DNA from: an uncultured Actinomycetota bacterium
GTDB lineage: Bacteria > Actinomycetota > Actinomycetes > JAHEKZ01
Assembly: GCA_963848085.1 (NCBI GenBank)
Contig: CAWKCE010000005.1
Span: 146,282-210,281 of the forward strand
Reading direction: 5' to 3'
DNA length: 64,000 nucleotides
The translations under genes and the position numbers were made by a program. This document shows, piece after piece, positions 10,217 to 22,415 of the stretch; the first letter of the stretch is position 1; each line of letters begins with the position of its first letter. A model generated the notes under the pieces. That model did no database searches. It was not told the DNA's origin and saw only the letters and a program-made list of their open reading frames with translations.

Positions 10217-10789
10217 TCAGTTCTCCTTGAACGGGAAGCCGAGGGCCTTCAACAGGGCCCGACCCTCGTCATCAGTCTTGGCGGTCGTGACCACCGTGAT
10301 GTCCATGCCCCGGACTCGGTCGATCGAGTCCTGGTCGATCTCGTGGAACATGCTCTGCTCGTTGAGACCAAAGGTGTAGTTGCCGTTGCCGTCGAACTGC
10401 CGCGGAGACAGGCCACGGAAGTCGCGGATCCGGGGAAGCGCGACCGACAGGAGTCGGTCCAGGAACTCCCACATCCGGTCGTTGCGCAGCGTCGTGTGAC
10501 AGCCGATCGGCATCCCCTCGCGCAGCTTGAACTGGGCGATCGACTTGCGAGCCTTGGTGATGGCCGGCTTCTGGCCGGTGATCACCGACAGGTCGCGGAC
10601 GGCGCCCTCGATCAGCTTGGAGTCCCGGGCGGCGTCGCCGACACCCATGTTGACGACGACCTTGGACACCGTCGGGACCTGCATGACGTTGGCGAAGCCG
10701 AACTCCTCGCGCAGGGCGGGCACGATCTCGTCGCGGTAGCGCTGCTTGAGCCTGGGGACGACGGCCTGCTCGGTCGACGTGCTCATCAC
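10217..10789 (-). CDS. rplE: 50S ribosomal protein L5
   Basis: [15 protein letters not shown]... L5. Confidence 0.95.
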   Translation of the reverse strand: MMSTSTEQAVVPRLKQRYRDEIVPALREEFGFANVMQVPTVSKVVVNMGVGDAARDSKLIEGAVRDLSVITGQKPAITKARKSIAQFKLREGMPIGCHTTLRNDRMWEFLDRLLSVALPRIRDFRGLSPRQFDGNGNYTFGLNEQSMFHEIDQDSIDRVRGMDITVVTTAKTDDEGRALLKALGFPFKEN

Positions 10790-11118
10790 AGGTCCTCCCC
10801 CGTCCGCTTGGCCACCCGGATCTTCGTGCCGTCCTCGTCGACGCGGTAGCCCACCCGCGTGCCCACCTTCTTGCCGTCGACCTCCACCACCGGCATCACG
10901 TTGGAGACGTGGATCGGTGCCTCCTGAGTGATGATCCCGCCGGTCTTGGCGCCGCGGTTGCTCTGCCCGATCTTGGTGTGCTTCTTGATGACGTTCACAC
11001 CTTCGACGGTGACCCGGTCCAGCTCGGGGAAGGCGGCGATGACCTTGCCGGTCGCCCCCTTGTCCTTGCCCGAGATGACGACGACGGTGTCACCCTTCTT
11101 GACGCGAAGGTTTGCCAT
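10786..11118 (-). CDS. rplX: 50S ribosomal protein L24 (true start internal)
   Basis: [26 protein letters not shown]...; 110 aa. Confidence 0.95.
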   Translation of the reverse strand: MANLRVKKGDTVVVISGKDKGATGKVIAAFPELDRVTVEGVNVIKKHTKIGQSNRGAKTGGIITQEAPIHVSNVMPVVEVDGKKVGTRVGYRVDEDGTKIRVAKRTGEDL

Positions 11119-11120
11119 GG

Positions 11121-11489
11121 TTAGAGCACCTCCGGTGCCAGCGAGATGATCCGCATGAACCGCTTGTCGCGCAGCTCGCGACCGACCGGTCCGAAGATTC
11201 GGGTTCCGCGCGGGTCGCCGCCGTCCTTGATGATGACGGCCGCGTTCTCGTCGAACTTGATGTAGGAACCGTCCGGACGCCGACGCTCCTTGACGGTGCG
11301 CACGACGACAGCCTTGACGACCTCGCCCTTCTTGGCGTTGCCGCCGGGGATGGCGTCCTTCACCGTGGCGACGATGACGTCGCCAATTCCTGCGTAACGA
11401 CGACCGGAGCCGCCGAGAACCCGGATGCACAAGATTTCCTTGGCACCGGTGTTGTCGGCGACCTTGAGTCGCGACTCCTGCTGGATCAC
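11121..11489 (-). CDS. rplN: 50S ribosomal protein L14
   Basis: [19 protein letters not shown]... Confidence 0.96.
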   Translation of the reverse strand: MIQQESRLKVADNTGAKEILCIRVLGGSGRRYAGIGDVIVATVKDAIPGGNAKKGEVVKAVVVRTVKERRRPDGSYIKFDENAAVIIKDGGDPRGTRIFGPVGRELRDKRFMRIISLAPEVL

Positions 11490-11556
11490 GTCAGCTGCTC
11501 CTGGTTTGTCTGCTGGTTCTCGTCCGAGGTGATCCCCGGCGAGCCTGGCGGAACGG

Positions 11557-11847
11557 TTACTTGGCCTTCTCGAGGATCTCGACGATGCGCCAACGCTTGG
11601 TCCGGCTGGCGGGTCGGGTTTCCATCAGGAGGACGCGGTCGCCGACCCCGGCCTCGTTCTTCTCGTCGTGCGCCTTCAGCTTGCTCGTCCGCCGCAGGAC
11701 CTTGCCGTACAGCGGGTGCTTGACGCGGTCCTCAACGGCAACGACGACGGTCTTGTCCATCTTGTCGCTGACGACCAGGCCCTCGCGTGCCTTGCGGGCA
11801 CCGCGGTCCTGACCGTCGGTCGCTTCGGTGTTGCTGGCCTCACTCAT
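11557..11847 (-). CDS. rpsQ: 30S ribosomal protein S17
   Basis: ORF translation matches S17 ([27 protein letters not shown]...). Confidence 0.94.
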   Translation of the reverse strand: MSEASNTEATDGQDRGARKAREGLVVSDKMDKTVVVAVEDRVKHPLYGKVLRRTSKLKAHDEKNEAGVGDRVLLMETRPASRTKRWRIVEILEKAK

Positions 11848-12080
11848 GCGGCGTCCTCAGGCGTCTCGATGGTGGTGATGCCGAGCTCACGCTCGCGCAG
11901 CACCGTGTAGATGCGTGCGATCTCCTTGCGGACGGCACGCAGCCGGCCGTGGCTCTCGAGCTGCCCCGTGGCAGCCTGGAACCGGAGATTGAACAGCTCT
12001 TCCTTGGCCTCGCGGAGCTTGATGACGAGCTCTTCGTCCTCGAGTCCACGCAGCTCGGTGGCCTTCGTGCCCGTCGGCAT
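11844..12080 (-). CDS. rpmC: 50S ribosomal protein L29
   Basis: [16 protein letters not shown]... L29. Confidence 0.94.
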   Translation of the reverse strand: MPTGTKATELRGLEDEELVIKLREAKEELFNLRFQAATGQLESHGRLRAVRKEIARIYTVLRERELGITTIETPEDAA

Positions 12081-12499
12081 CAGAACTCACCACCCTCACG
12101 CGTGACGAACTTGGTCTTGATCGGCAGCTTGTGCATCGCTCGGGTCATGGCCTCACGCGCCAGGGGCTCGGACACACCCGAGAGCTCGAACATCACCCGG
12201 CCCGGCTTGACGTTGGCGATCCACCACTCGGGCGATCCCTTGCCGGAGCCCATCCGGGTCTCGGCCGGCTTCTTGGTCAGGGGGCGGTCCGGGTAGATGT
12301 TGATCCAGACCTTCCCACCCCGTCGGATGGCGCGCGTGATCGCAATACGCGCCGACTCGATCTGGCGGTTGGTGATGTAGCCGGGCTCCAGTGCCTGGAG
12401 CCCGTAGTCACCGAACGCGACCTTGGTACCACCCTTGGCCGCACCGCGGCGCGAGGGGTGGTGCTGCTTGCGGTGCTTGACCCGCCGAGGGATCAGCAT
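12080..12499 (-). CDS. rplP: 50S ribosomal protein L16
   Basis: [24 protein letters not shown]... Confidence 0.95.
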   Translation of the reverse strand: MLIPRRVKHRKQHHPSRRGAAKGGTKVAFGDYGLQALEPGYITNRQIESARIAITRAIRRGGKVWINIYPDRPLTKKPAETRMGSGKGSPEWWIANVKPGRVMFELSGVSEPLAREAMTRAMHKLPIKTKFVTREGGEF

Positions 12500-12502
12500 G
12501 GA

Positions 12503-13447
12503 TCAGACCTCCGTCTCGGTCGCGTCGGTCGCCGGAGCCGCCTCAACGACCGGAGCCGCCTCAACAACGGGAGCCGCCTCAACGACCGGAGCCGCCTCAA
12601 CGACCGGAGCCGCCTCAGCAACGGGAGCCGCCTCAACGGGAGCCGCCTCAACGACCGGAGCCGCCTCGACGACCGGAGCCGCCTCGACCACCGACGTGGG
12701 CTCGGTCGTGGCGACCGGACCGGACGCCGGAGCGTCCTCCCTCGCCTTGCGCACCGGCCGGGCCGGCCGGTTCCGCTGCGAGATTCGGGCGGCAGCCGCG
12801 GCCGCCTCCCGCTCGGTGCGACTCCCGGTCACGTCACCCTTGTAGATCCACACCTTCACACCGATGCGGCCGAACGTGGTCCTGGCCTCGTAGAAGCCGT
12901 AGTCGATGTCGGCACGCAGCGTGTGCAGGGGAACCCGGCCCTCGCGGTAGAACTCGGTGCGAGACATCTCGGCGCCGCCCAGCCGCCCACCGACCTGGAC
13001 GCGGATGCCTTTGGCCCCGGCCTTCATGGCCGACTGCATGGCCTTGCGCATCGCGCGTCGGAAGGAGACCCGGCTGCTCAGCTGCTCGGCAACTCCCTGC
13101 GCGACCAGCTGAGCGTCGATCTCCGGGTTCTTCACCTCGAGGATGTTCAGCTGGACCTGCTTGCCGGTCAGCTGCTCGAGGTCTCCACGGATCCGGTCGG
13201 CCTCAGCGCCGCGACGCCCGATGACGATGCCCGGGCGAGCCGTGTGGATGTCGACCCGGACCCGGTCGCGGGTGCGCTCGATGTCGACGCGGCTGATGCC
13301 GGCCCGCTCCATGCCCTTGCTGAGCATGCGTCGGATCTCGACGTCTTCCTTGATGTAGTCCTTGTACAGCTTGTCGGCGTACCACCGGCTCGTGTACTCG
13401 GTGGTGATGCCCAGCCGAAACCCGTGCGGGTTGACCTTCTGACCCAC
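12503..13447 (-). CDS. rpsC: 30S ribosomal protein S3 with ~60-aa Ala/Pro/Val/Glu repeat C-terminal extension
   Basis: S3 core [14 protein letters not shown]...; C-terminus (EAAPVV)n encoded by 18-nt tandem repeats. Confidence 0.93.
   Translation of the reverse strand: MGQKVNPHGFRLGITTEYTSRWYADKLYKDYIKEDVEIRRMLSKGMERAGISRVDIERTRDRVRVDIHTARPGIVIGRRGAEADRIRGDLEQLTGKQVQLNILEVKNPEIDAQLVAQGVAEQLSSRVSFRRAMRKAMQSAMKAGAKGIRVQVGGRLGGAEMSRTEFYREGRVPLHTLRADIDYGFYEARTTFGRIGVKVWIYKGDVTGSRTEREAAAAAARISQRNRPARPVRKAREDAPASGPVATTEPTSVVEAAPVVEAAPVVEAAPVEAAPVAEAAPVVEAAPVVEAAPVVEAAPVVEAAPATDATETEV
12532..12692 (-). repeat. ~8 tandem 18-nt repeats inside rpsC 3' end (gcctcaacgaccggagcc units)
   Basis: Direct visual tandem repetition; in-frame EAAPVV peptide repeats. 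Confidence 0.8.
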
Positions 13448-13453
13448 TTCAGG

Positions 13454-13822
13454 TCACCCCTTCCTTGAGGTCGGCGCCGTCTGCGACGACACGACGACCG
13501 TGATGTGACTGGTGCGCTTGCGGATACGAAATGCGCGGCCCTGCGCACGCGGCCGGAAACGCTTGAGCGTCGGCCCCTCGTCCACGAAGGCCTCGCTCAC
13601 GACCAGCGTGTCCCGCTGCATGCTGTGGTTGTGCTCGGCATTGGCCAGGGCGCTGTCGAGCACCTTGCCCACGGTCTCGCTCGCCGCCTGGGGCGCAAAG
13701 CGCAGCACGGTCCGCGCCTCGTCAGCGGGCAGCCCTCGGATCAGGTCCACCATTCGGCGGGCCTTCTGGGGCGTGACGCGGACGTACCGCGCAGTGCTGC
13801 GAGCACTGGCCCTGGCATCCAT
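13454..13822 (-). CDS. rplV: 50S ribosomal protein L22
   Basis: ORF translation matches L22 ([34 protein letters not shown]...). Confidence 0.94.
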   Translation of the reverse strand: MDARASARSTARYVRVTPQKARRMVDLIRGLPADEARTVLRFAPQAASETVGKVLDSALANAEHNHSMQRDTLVVSEAFVDEGPTLKRFRPRAQGRAFRIRKRTSHITVVVSSQTAPTSRKG

Positions 13823-13908
13823 CTGCTTCCTCTTCCTTCGATCTCCTGCTGGAGAGCTTGCGTCGAGCGGGTTGGTGCGTCGTGCTGCGGGCTGCCGAAG
13901 GCAGGCCG

Positions 13909-14190
13909 TCAGCGGCGGCGGCCCTTTCGGTCGTCCTTCTCATGGCCGCGGAAAGTCCTCGTCGGCGCAAACTCACCGAGCTTGTGACCGACCATGGCCT
14001 CGGTGACGAAGACCGGCACATGCTTGCGCCCGTCGTGCACCGCGATCGTGTGACCCAGCATCGACGGCACGATCATCGAGCGCCGTGACCAGGTCTTGAT
14101 GACGTTGCGGGTGCCCTTGTCGTTCTGGTCGTCCACCTTCTTGGTGAGGTGGTCGTCCACGAAAGGACCCTTCTTCAGGCTGCGCGGCAT
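13909..14190 (-). CDS. rpsS: 30S ribosomal protein S19
   Basis: [15 protein letters not shown]... S19. Confidence 0.96.
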   Translation of the reverse strand: MPRSLKKGPFVDDHLTKKVDDQNDKGTRNVIKTWSRRSMIVPSMLGHTIAVHDGRKHVPVFVTEAMVGHKLGEFAPTRTFRGHEKDDRKGRRR

Positions 14191-14203
14191 CGGTGAGGAG
14201 CTC

Positions 14204-15040
<837 letters not shown>

Positions 15041-15071
15041 CGCTACGTGTCCTTGGGATCGAGTGCGCCGG

Positions 15072-15377
15072 TCAGGAGACCGGCCCGCCGAAGATGTCGA
15101 TACGGTCGCCAGCGGCCACGCTCACGATTGCTCGCTTGGTGTCCTTGCGCTTGCCGAACCCGGTACGGGTACGACGGCGCTTTCCCTGACGGTTGATGGT
15201 GTTGACGCCGGTGACGGTGACACCGAAGACCTTCTCGACCGCGATCTTGATCTGGGTCTTGTTGGCCTCGGGGTCGACCAGGAAGGTGTACTTGTTCTCG
15301 TCGAGCAGGCCGTAGCTCTTCTCAGAGATGACCGGCGCGACCAGGACGTCACGGTGGCTGTGCTCCATGCTGCTCAC
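15072..15377 (-). CDS. rplW: 50S ribosomal protein L23
   Basis: S10-operon position; ORF translation matches L23. Confidence 0.93.
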   Translation of the reverse strand: MSSMEHSHRDVLVAPVISEKSYGLLDENKYTFLVDPEANKTQIKIAVEKVFGVTVTGVNTINRQGKRRRTRTGFGKRKDTKRAIVSVAAGDRIDIFGGPVS

Positions 15378-16087
15378 GCTGTGGCCTCCTCGGTGCTGGC
15401 TTCCTCGGCCTCCACGGCGGCGGCCTCCGACGAGGTGGCGACCGCTGAGACCGACCCGCCACGGGCGGGACCGGCCACGAACTGCTCGAGGGCCGCCTGC
15501 GTGAAGATGATGTCGTCGGAGACGAGGACGTCGTAGGTGTTGAGCTGGTCGACGGCCAGGACGTGCACCGTCGTGAGGTTGCGCAGCGACTTCCAGGCGG
15601 CTTCGCTGTCGCGGTCCAGAACCACCAGCACATGACGACGGGTCGACAGGCCGGCCAGCAGCGCGGCGGCCGACTTGGTCGACGGAGCGCCGTCCACGGC
15701 GAAGGTGCTGACGACGTGGATCCGACCGTTGCGGGCCCGGTCCGACAGCGCCCCTCGGAGTGCGGCGGCCTTCATCTTCTTCGGCGTCCGCTGGACGTAG
15801 CTGCGCGGGGTGGGTCCGTGGACGACCCCGCCGCCGGCGAACTGGGGGGCCCGGATCGAACCCTGACGGGCGCGACCGGTCCCCTTCTGGCGGTAGGGCT
15901 TGGCCCCTCCCCCGCGGACGTCCCCGCGGGCGAGAGTCGAGTGCGTCCCCTGGCGGGCAGCGGCCAGCTGGGCCACGACCACCTGGTGGATCAGCGGGAT
16001 GTTCACCGGGACGTCAAAGAGCTCCTCGGGAAGCTCGATGGTTCCGGCCGTGCCCCCGGCGGGGCTGACGACGTCGACGGTGCTCAC
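15374..16087 (-). CDS. rplD: 50S ribosomal protein L4
   Basis: [24 protein letters not shown]... L4. Confidence 0.95.
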   Translation of the reverse strand: MSTVDVVSPAGGTAGTIELPEELFDVPVNIPLIHQVVVAQLAAARQGTHSTLARGDVRGGGAKPYRQKGTGRARQGSIRAPQFAGGGVVHGPTPRSYVQRTPKKMKAAALRGALSDRARNGRIHVVSTFAVDGAPSTKSAAALLAGLSTRRHVLVVLDRDSEAAWKSLRNLTTVHVLAVDQLNTYDVLVSDDIIFTQAALEQFVAGPARGGSVSAVATSSEAAAVEAEEASTEEATA

Positions 16088-16734
16088 TGGATTACCCCCT
16101 TCGCGGCGGACCGCACCAGCACGAGGCCGCCGATCGAGCCGGGAACGGCGCCCTTGATGAGCAGCAGTCCCTTCTCGGTGTCAACGGCGTGCACGGTGAG
16201 GTTCTGGACGGTCACGCGTGCACCGCCGTGGCGGCCGGCCATCTTCATGCCCTTGAACACCCGGCTGGGCGTCGAACCGGCACCGATGGAACCTGGCTTG
16301 CGGTGGTTGCGCTTCTGGCCGTGCGAGGCCGAGACGCCGTGGAAGCCGTGCCGCTTCATGACCCCGGTGAAGCCCTTGCCCTTGGAGGTTCCGGTCACAT
16401 CGACGACCTGTCCCGGCTCGAAGACGTCCGGTCCGAGCTCTTGTCCGACCTCGTACTCGGTAGCGTCGTCGGTGCGCAGCTCCACCAGGTGGCGGCGCGG
16501 GGTCACCCCCGCCTTGCTGAAGTGGCCGGCATCCGGCTGGTTGACCTTCCGAGGGTCGATGGCGCCGAATCCCAGCTGGACTGCCGAGTAGCCGTCCGTG
16601 CTGGGGGTGCGGACCGAGGTGACGACGCACGGCCCGGCCTTGACCACGGTGACCGGGACGATCTTGCTGTCGTCGTCCCACACCTGGGTCATGCCGAGCT
16701 TCTCGCCCAGGACTCCCTTGACCTGCTTACCCAT
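16084..16734 (-). CDS. rplC: 50S ribosomal protein L3
   Basis: [22 protein letters not shown]... Confidence 0.95.
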   Translation of the reverse strand: MGKQVKGVLGEKLGMTQVWDDDSKIVPVTVVKAGPCVVTSVRTPSTDGYSAVQLGFGAIDPRKVNQPDAGHFSKAGVTPRRHLVELRTDDATEYEVGQELGPDVFEPGQVVDVTGTSKGKGFTGVMKRHGFHGVSASHGQKRNHRKPGSIGAGSTPSRVFKGMKMAGRHGGARVTVQNLTVHAVDTEKGLLLIKGAVPGSIGGLVLVRSAAKGVIQ

Positions 16735-16749
16735 GACGTCTGCGTCCCT

Positions 16750-17058
16750 CTACAGCTTGATCTCGATGTCGACTCCCGCAGGGAGGTCGAGTCGCATGAG
16801 CGAGTCCACCGTCTTGGGGGTCGGGTCGATGATGTCGATGAGCCGCTTGTGCGTCCGCATCTCGAAATGCTCGCGGCTGTCCTTGTACTTGTGCGGCGAA
16901 CGAATGACGACGAACACGTTCTTCTCCGTCGGCAACGGCACCGGGCCGGCGACCTGCGCACCCGTACGGGTGGCAGTCTCGACGATCTTCCGCGCCGAGC
17001 TGTCGATGACCTCGTGGTCGTAGGCCTTCAGCCGGATGCGGATCTTCTGTCCCGCCAT
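16750..17058 (-). CDS. rpsJ: 30S ribosomal protein S10
   Basis: [27 protein letters not shown]... Confidence 0.96.
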   Translation of the reverse strand: MAGQKIRIRLKAYDHEVIDSSARKIVETATRTGAQVAGPVPLPTEKNVFVVIRSPHKYKDSREHFEMRTHKRLIDIIDPTPKTVDSLMRLDLPAGVDIEIKL

Positions 17059-17202
17059 GGCGATGTACCGAATCCTTCTCTCGTGTGCCGCGTGTAGCGC
17101 CGACCCCCGAGGTCGGGTGTGTCGCGCCCCTCCGCGAACGCGGCGGGTCGACGAGCAGGTGGACGGGGGTCAGAGCCCGGTCGAGCCGGGCGCTCGGGGG
17201 CG

Positions 17203-17239
17203 GTGCCCGGGGCGATGTCTCGCGACGCGCCCCGGGCAC
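17203..17239 (-). promoter_or_regulatory. perfect 12-bp-stem hairpin (GTGCCCGGGGCG...CGCCCCGGGCAC) in tuf-rpsJ intergenic region; tuf terminator or S10 leader element
   Basis: Inverted repeat seen directly; lies between tuf stop and rpsJ start. Confidence 0.35.
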
Positions 17240-17303
17240 CAGCCCGAGCAACCTGGACAGTATGCCCCAGGAGGGGCTCAGTTGCCGAATCGGGCCGTTC
17301 GGG

Positions 17304-18497
17304 TCAGGCGTTGATCTTGGTGACCCGGCCGGCGCCGACGGTGCGACCACCCTCGCGGATGGCGAACCGCAGCCCGTCCTCCATGGCGATGGGCTGGATC
17401 AGCGCCACCGTCATCTCGGTGTTGTCCCCCGGCATGACCATCTCGGTGCCCTCGGGGAGGGTCACCACACCGGTCACGTCGGTGGTCCGGAAGTAGAACT
17501 GCGGGCGGTAGTTGTTGAAGAACGGCGTGTGACGGCCGCCCTCGTCCTTGGACAGGATGTAGACCTGCGCCTCGAAGTCGGTGTGCGGGGTGGTCGTGCC
17601 CGGCTTGATCACGACCTGGCCGCGCTCGACATCCTCGCGCTTGATACCGCGGATGAGGAGCCCGACGTTCTCGCCGGCCTGGCCCTCGTCCAACAGCTTC
17701 CGGAACATCTCGATGCCGGTCACCGTGGTGCGCGTGCTCTCCGGCTTGATGCCGACGATCTCGACCTCTTCGTTGATCTTGACCACGCCGCGCTCGATAC
17801 GGCCGGTGACGACCGTGCCGCGCCCGGTGATGGTGAAGACGTCCTCGACGGGCATGAGGAACGGCTTCTCGATCTCCCGCTCAGGGGTCGGGATCGCCAC
17901 GTCGACGGCCGCCATCAGCTCGACGATCTTGGCAGCCCACTCAGCGTCGCCCTCGAGCGCCTTCAGCGCCGAGACCTGGATGACCGGGATGTCGTCGCCG
18001 GGGAACTCGTACTCGTTGAGCAGCTCCCGGACCTCGAGCTCGACGAGCTCGAGGATCTCCTCGTCGTCGACCATGTCGGCCTTGTTCAGCGCCACCACGA
18101 TCGCCGGGACGCCGACCTGACGGGCCAGGAGCACGTGCTCCTTGGTCTGCGGCATCGGGCCGTCGGTCGCGGCGACCACCAGGATCGCGCCGTCCATCTG
18201 CGCGGCGCCGGTGATCATGTTCTTGATGTAGTCCGCGTGGCCGGGGCAGTCGACGTGGGCATAGTGCCGGGCGTCAGTCTGGTACTCGACGTGCGCGATG
18301 GAGATCGTGATGCCCCGCTCGCGCTCCTCCGGTGCCTTGTCGATCTGGTCGAACGGCGTGAAGGGGTTGAGGTCGGGATGCTGGTCGTGGAGCACCTTGG
18401 TGATCGCCGCGGTCAACGTGGTCTTGCCGTGGTCGATGTGACCAATGGTGCCGATGTTGACGTGCGGCTTGGTCCGCTCGAACTTCGCCTTCGCCAC
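17304..18497 (-). CDS. tuf: elongation factor Tu (GTG start)
   Basis: [13 protein letters not shown]..., full EF-Tu; GAGGAGG SD. Confidence 0.97.
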   Translation of the reverse strand: MAKAKFERTKPHVNIGTIGHIDHGKTTLTAAITKVLHDQHPDLNPFTPFDQIDKAPEERERGITISIAHVEYQTDARHYAHVDCPGHADYIKNMITGAAQMDGAILVVAATDGPMPQTKEHVLLARQVGVPAIVVALNKADMVDDEEILELVELEVRELLNEYEFPGDDIPVIQVSALKALEGDAEWAAKIVELMAAVDVAIPTPEREIEKPFLMPVEDVFTITGRGTVVTGRIERGVVKINEEVEIVGIKPESTRTTVTGIEMFRKLLDEGQAGENVGLLIRGIKREDVERGQVVIKPGTTTPHTDFEAQVYILSKDEGGRHTPFFNNYRPQFYFRTTDVTGVVTLPEGTEMVMPGDNTEMTVALIQPIAMEDGLRFAIREGGRTVGAGRVTKINA

Positions 18498-18583
18498 TGG
18501 GGTCCTCCTCGGGACTTGATCTTCTTACGCCGTTCGACGTACGTCTGGATGGTTGGGAACTGCTGGTCAGGCGTGGCGCGTGA

Positions 18584-20686
18584 TCACTCGCCCCTTGCCT
18601 TAGCGATGATCTCCGTCGCCACGTTCTGCGGTACCTGGGCGTAGGAGTCGAACTGCATCGAGTACGAGGCGCGGCCCTGCGTCTTGCTGCGCAGGTCGCC
18701 CACGTACCCGAACATCTCCGACAACGGCACCATCGCCTTCACGACCCGAGCGCCGGAGCGCTCGTCCATGGACTGGATGTGACCGCGGCGGGAGTTGAGG
18801 TCGCCGATCACTTCGCCCATGAAGTCCTCCGGGGTGATCACCTCGACGGACATCATCGGCTCGAGCAGGACCGGCTTGGCGCGCCGAGCCCCTTCCTTGA
18901 ACGCCATGGACCCGGCGATCTTGAAGGCCAGCTCGGACGAGTCGACGTCGTGGTAGGCGCCGTCCCGCAGAGTCACCTTGACGTCGACGAGCGGGTACCC
19001 GGCCAGGACGCCGTACTCCATGGCATCCTGCGCACCGGCGTCCACGCTCGGGATGTACTCACGGGGGATGCGGCCACCGGTCACGTTGTTCACGAACTCG
19101 TAGCCGCTCTCGGCGCCCTCGCCCAGCGGCTCGATGTCGATCTGCACCTTGGCGAACTGGCCGGACCCGCCGGTCTGCTTCTTGTGGGTGTAGTCGACCT
19201 TCTCGACCTTGGCGGTGATCGTCTCGCGGTAGGCGACCTGCGGTCGCCCCACGTTCGCCTCGACCTTGAACTCACGCTTCATGCGGTCGACCAGCACCTC
19301 GAGGTGCAGCTCCCCCATGCCGCCGATGATGGTCTGCCCGGTCTCTTCGTCGCTGCGGACCTGGAAGGTCGGGTCCTCCTCCGACAGGCGCTGGATCGCC
19401 GTCCCCAGGCGCTCCTGGTCGGCCTTCGACTTCGGCTCGATCGCCACGTGGATGACCGGAGCCGGGAACTTCATCGACTCCAGGATGACCGGCTTGGCGT
19501 TGTCGCAGAGGGTGTCACCGGTCGTGGTGTCCTTCAGCCCCATCACCGCGACGATCTGGCCCGCGGTTGCGCTCGGGCGCTCCTCACGCTTGTTCGCGTG
19601 CATCTGGAAGATCTTGCCGATCCGCTCCTTGCGACCCTTGGTGCTGTTGAGCACCGACGTGCCGGTCTCCAAGGTGCCCGAGTACAGACGAATGTAGGTC
19701 AGCTTGCCCAGGTGAGGGTCGCTCATGATCTTGAAGGCCAGCGCGGAGAACGGCTCGTCGAACTTCGGCTGGCGCTCGACCGGCTCGTCCTCGTTGCCGA
19801 CCGCGTGGCCGGTGATGGCCTCGACGTCGAGCGGCGAGGGGAGGTAGCGGGTCACCGCGTCGAGCATGGGCTGGACGCCCTTGTTCTTGAACGCCGAGCC
19901 ACACAGGACGGGCGTCAGCTTGCCGGCGATCGTCGCCCGCCGGATCGCGGCGATGAGCTGGTCCTCCGAGGGCTCGTTGCCCTCCAGGTACAGCTCCATC
20001 ATCTCGTCATCGTTCTCAGAGATCGTCTCCAGCAGGCGGTCGCGCCAGTCCCGCGCGGCTTCGGTGTGTGTGGCCGGGATGTCGACGACGTCGTACATCT
20101 CGCCCTTTTCGGCCTCAGCGGACCAGACCAGCGCCTTCATTCCGATCAGATCGACGACCCCGGTGAAGTTTGCCTCCGAGCCGATCGGGATCTGCAGCGG
20201 GAGCGGAATGGCGTTGAGGCGGGACACGATCATGTCCACCGTGCGGTGGAACTCCGCGCCGGTGCGGTCCAGCTTGTTGACAAAGCAGATCCGGGGCACG
20301 TTGTACCGGTCCGCCTGGCGCCACACCGTCTCAGACTGCGGCTCCACCCCGGCGACGCCGTCGAACACCGCGACCGCGCCGTCAAGGACGCGCAGCGACC
20401 GCTCGACCTCGACGGTGAAGTCGACGTGACCGGGAGTATCGATGATGTTGATCAGGTGGTCGTCCCACTCGCAGGTGGTGGCAGCCGAGGTGATCGTGAT
20501 GCCCCGCTCCTGCTCCTGGGGCATCCAGTCCATCGTCGCGGCGCCGTCGTGCACCTCGCCGATCTTGTAGTTGATGCCGGTGTAGAACAGGATCCGCTCG
20601 GTGGTGGTCGTCTTGCCCGCGTCGATATGCGCCATGATCCCGATGTTGCGGACCTTGGCGAGGTCGAGCGCGGTGTCAATGGACAC
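18584..20686 (-). CDS. fusA: elongation factor G (GTG start)
   Basis: [20 protein letters not shown]...; 700 aa. Confidence 0.97.
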   Translation of the reverse strand: MSIDTALDLAKVRNIGIMAHIDAGKTTTTERILFYTGINYKIGEVHDGAATMDWMPQEQERGITITSAATTCEWDDHLINIIDTPGHVDFTVEVERSLRVLDGAVAVFDGVAGVEPQSETVWRQADRYNVPRICFVNKLDRTGAEFHRTVDMIVSRLNAIPLPLQIPIGSEANFTGVVDLIGMKALVWSAEAEKGEMYDVVDIPATHTEAARDWRDRLLETISENDDEMMELYLEGNEPSEDQLIAAIRRATIAGKLTPVLCGSAFKNKGVQPMLDAVTRYLPSPLDVEAITGHAVGNEDEPVERQPKFDEPFSALAFKIMSDPHLGKLTYIRLYSGTLETGTSVLNSTKGRKERIGKIFQMHANKREERPSATAGQIVAVMGLKDTTTGDTLCDNAKPVILESMKFPAPVIHVAIEPKSKADQERLGTAIQRLSEEDPTFQVRSDEETGQTIIGGMGELHLEVLVDRMKREFKVEANVGRPQVAYRETITAKVEKVDYTHKKQTGGSGQFAKVQIDIEPLGEGAESGYEFVNNVTGGRIPREYIPSVDAGAQDAMEYGVLAGYPLVDVKVTLRDGAYHDVDSSELAFKIAGSMAFKEGARRAKPVLLEPMMSVEVITPEDFMGEVIGDLNSRRGHIQSMDERSGARVVKAMVPLSEMFGYVGDLRSKTQGRASYSMQFDSYAQVPQNVATEIIAKARGE

Positions 20687-20743
20687 GGTCGAGTTTCTCC
20701 TGAGTGACAGCGGGTCGGTGCGGTCGCCGACGCAGCGGGTGGC

Positions 20744-21214
20744 TTACCAGCGGTAGTGCGCGAAGGCCTTGTTCGACTCGGCCATCTTGTGGGTGTCCTC
20801 GCGACGCTTGACCGAGGCGCCCAGACCGTTGCTCGCGTCGAGCAGCTCGTTCATCAGCCGCTCGGTCATGGTCTTCTCGCGGCGCTGGCGGGCGTACATG
20901 ATCAGCCACCGGATGGCCAGGGTGGTGCTGCGGCCGGGCTTGACCTCGATTGGCACCTGGTAGGTGGCACCGCCGACGCGGCGGCTGCGGACCTCGAGCG
21001 TGGGCTTGACGTTGTCCAGCGCCCGCTTCAGGGTGACGACGGGGTCGGTGCCGGTCTTGGCGCGGCAGCCCTCCAGCGCGTCGTACACGATGTGCTGCGC
21101 GGTCGAGCGCTTGCCGTCAACGAGCACCTTGTTGATCAACGAGGTGACCAAGGTGTTGTGGTAGACCGGGTCGGAGACGACCGGGTGCTTCTGGGCCGGG
21201 CCCTTGCGGGGCAT
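20744..21214 (-). CDS. rpsG: 30S ribosomal protein S7 (true start internal to 353-aa ORF)
   Basis: [29 protein letters not shown]...; 156 aa; overlaps rpsL stop by 1 nt. Confidence 0.95.
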   Translation of the reverse strand: MPRKGPAQKHPVVSDPVYHNTLVTSLINKVLVDGKRSTAQHIVYDALEGCRAKTGTDPVVTLKRALDNVKPTLEVRSRRVGGATYQVPIEVKPGRSTTLAIRWLIMYARQRREKTMTERLMNELLDASNGLGASVKRREDTHKMAESNKAFAHYRW

Positions 21215-21588
21215 TAGCTCTTCTCCTTCTTGGCGCCGTAGCGGCTGCGCGCCTGCTTGCGGTTCTTCACGCCCTGGGTGTCGAGCGCACCGCGGATGAT
21301 CTTGTAGCGGACGCCGGGGAGGTCCTTCACCCGGCCGCCGCGCACGAGCACGATCGAGTGCTCCTGCAGGTTGTGGCCCACGCCGGGGATGTAGGCGGTG
21401 ACCTCGATCCCGCTGGTCAGCCGGACGCGGGCGACCTTCCGAAGCGCCGAGTTCGGCTTCTTGGGCGTGGTCGTGTACACCCGAGTACAGACCCCACGTC
21501 GCTGCGGGCTGCCCTTCAGGGCAGGCGTCTTGGACTTGGCGATCTTGTCGTGGCGGCCCTTGCGGACCAACTGCTGGATCGTGGGCAC
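21214..21588 (-). CDS. rpsL: 30S ribosomal protein S12 (GTG start)
   Basis: (V)[51 protein letters not shown]; 124 aa. Confidence 0.96.
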   Translation of the reverse strand: MPTIQQLVRKGRHDKIAKSKTPALKGSPQRRGVCTRVYTTTPKKPNSALRKVARVRLTSGIEVTAYIPGVGHNLQEHSIVLVRGGRVKDLPGVRYKIIRGALDTQGVKNRKQARSRYGAKKEKS

Positions 21589-21906
21589 TGCGGTTCGCTT
21601 CCGTCCGTGGTCGGGTGACCGTTCTCGGTCCTGCTGGCGTCGTGCGGCACTGCGGTGGTCCTCGACCCCCGCACTCGGGTGTGTCGTGCGCCCTTCGGCG
21701 TGCGACACCCACCGTAGTGAGCGAGTCGGCTGGCCCGTGCCGCTCCAGGCGCCAGGCCCGCACGCGAGCGCGTGGACCGACATGGTGGCAGGCACGGTGG
21801 CACACTCAGTGACCTGAGTGCGGCCTGGGGAACCCCAGACACCGGGAGGAGCCTACCTAGTCGGCCCGGACCGGTCAAAGCGGGCGCCGCCGGGGCCAGC
21901 GGAGGG

Positions 21907-22341
21907 TCAGGACCCGACCGCCAGACCGGCCAGCAGCGCGAGCACGAACACCACCGCGAGGACCGCCGTCACCAGGTGGACCCAGGCCACTACCCGTGCT
22001 GCGGTGACCAGTCCCGAGCCAGACCGCCACCCGCCGGACTCGGCGATGGACCGCTCGGCCGCGCCGGCCAGGACGAGGGCGACGACCGCCAGCACGACCG
22101 GGATCAGGATCCAGGACCCGATGGCGCAGACCAGGGCCCAGACCGCCGTGGGCTCGGTCCGGGCCAGGGCTACCGGAGATGACCCCACCCCGCCGGGCCC
22201 TGTGGTCCACGCCGGGGGGCGGTCATCCGGGGGAAGGCCCAGCCCGGGGGGGCCGACCGGCTCGGCCGGATCGGGAGGGAGCGACGCCACCGCTCCATCT
22301 TGCCCGATCGGCGGTCCGCCTCGTGGCCGCGACCGACGCAC
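21907..22341 (-). CDS. hypothetical small Pro-rich membrane protein (2 predicted TM helices); start uncertain
   Basis: ORF begins immediately after the rpoC terminator hairpin; hydrophobic segments ALVCAIGSWILIPVVLAVVALVLAG and VVAWVHLVTAVLAVVFVLALLAGL; could be a GC artefact. Confidence 0.3.
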   Translation of the reverse strand: MRRSRPRGGPPIGQDGAVASLPPDPAEPVGPPGLGLPPDDRPPAWTTGPGGVGSSPVALARTEPTAVWALVCAIGSWILIPVVLAVVALVLAGAAERSIAESGGWRSGSGLVTAARVVAWVHLVTAVLAVVFVLALLAGLAVGS

Positions 22342-22350
22342 TGGCCGGGA

Positions 22351-22399
22351 GACGCGAGCGAGGGGCGGCCCCTCACGGGTACCGCCCCTCGCTCGCGTC
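22351..22399 (-). terminator. rpoC terminator: perfect 18-bp inverted repeat GACGCGAGCGAGGGGCGG / CCGCCCCTCGCTCGCGTC
   Basis: Hairpin seen directly, 17 nt downstream of rpoC stop. Confidence 0.55.
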
Positions 22400-22415
22400 C
22401 GTGCCGAACAGATCC

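Noticed and set aside
20744-21805. 353-aa and 193-aa extended ORFs over rpsG and rpsL, and 1230-aa rpoB
   Set aside because: Conserved N-termini (MPRKGPAQK for S7, [11 protein letters not shown] for S12, APSRNDAK for RpoB) and SD sequences mark internal starts. The upstream extensions are low-complexity.
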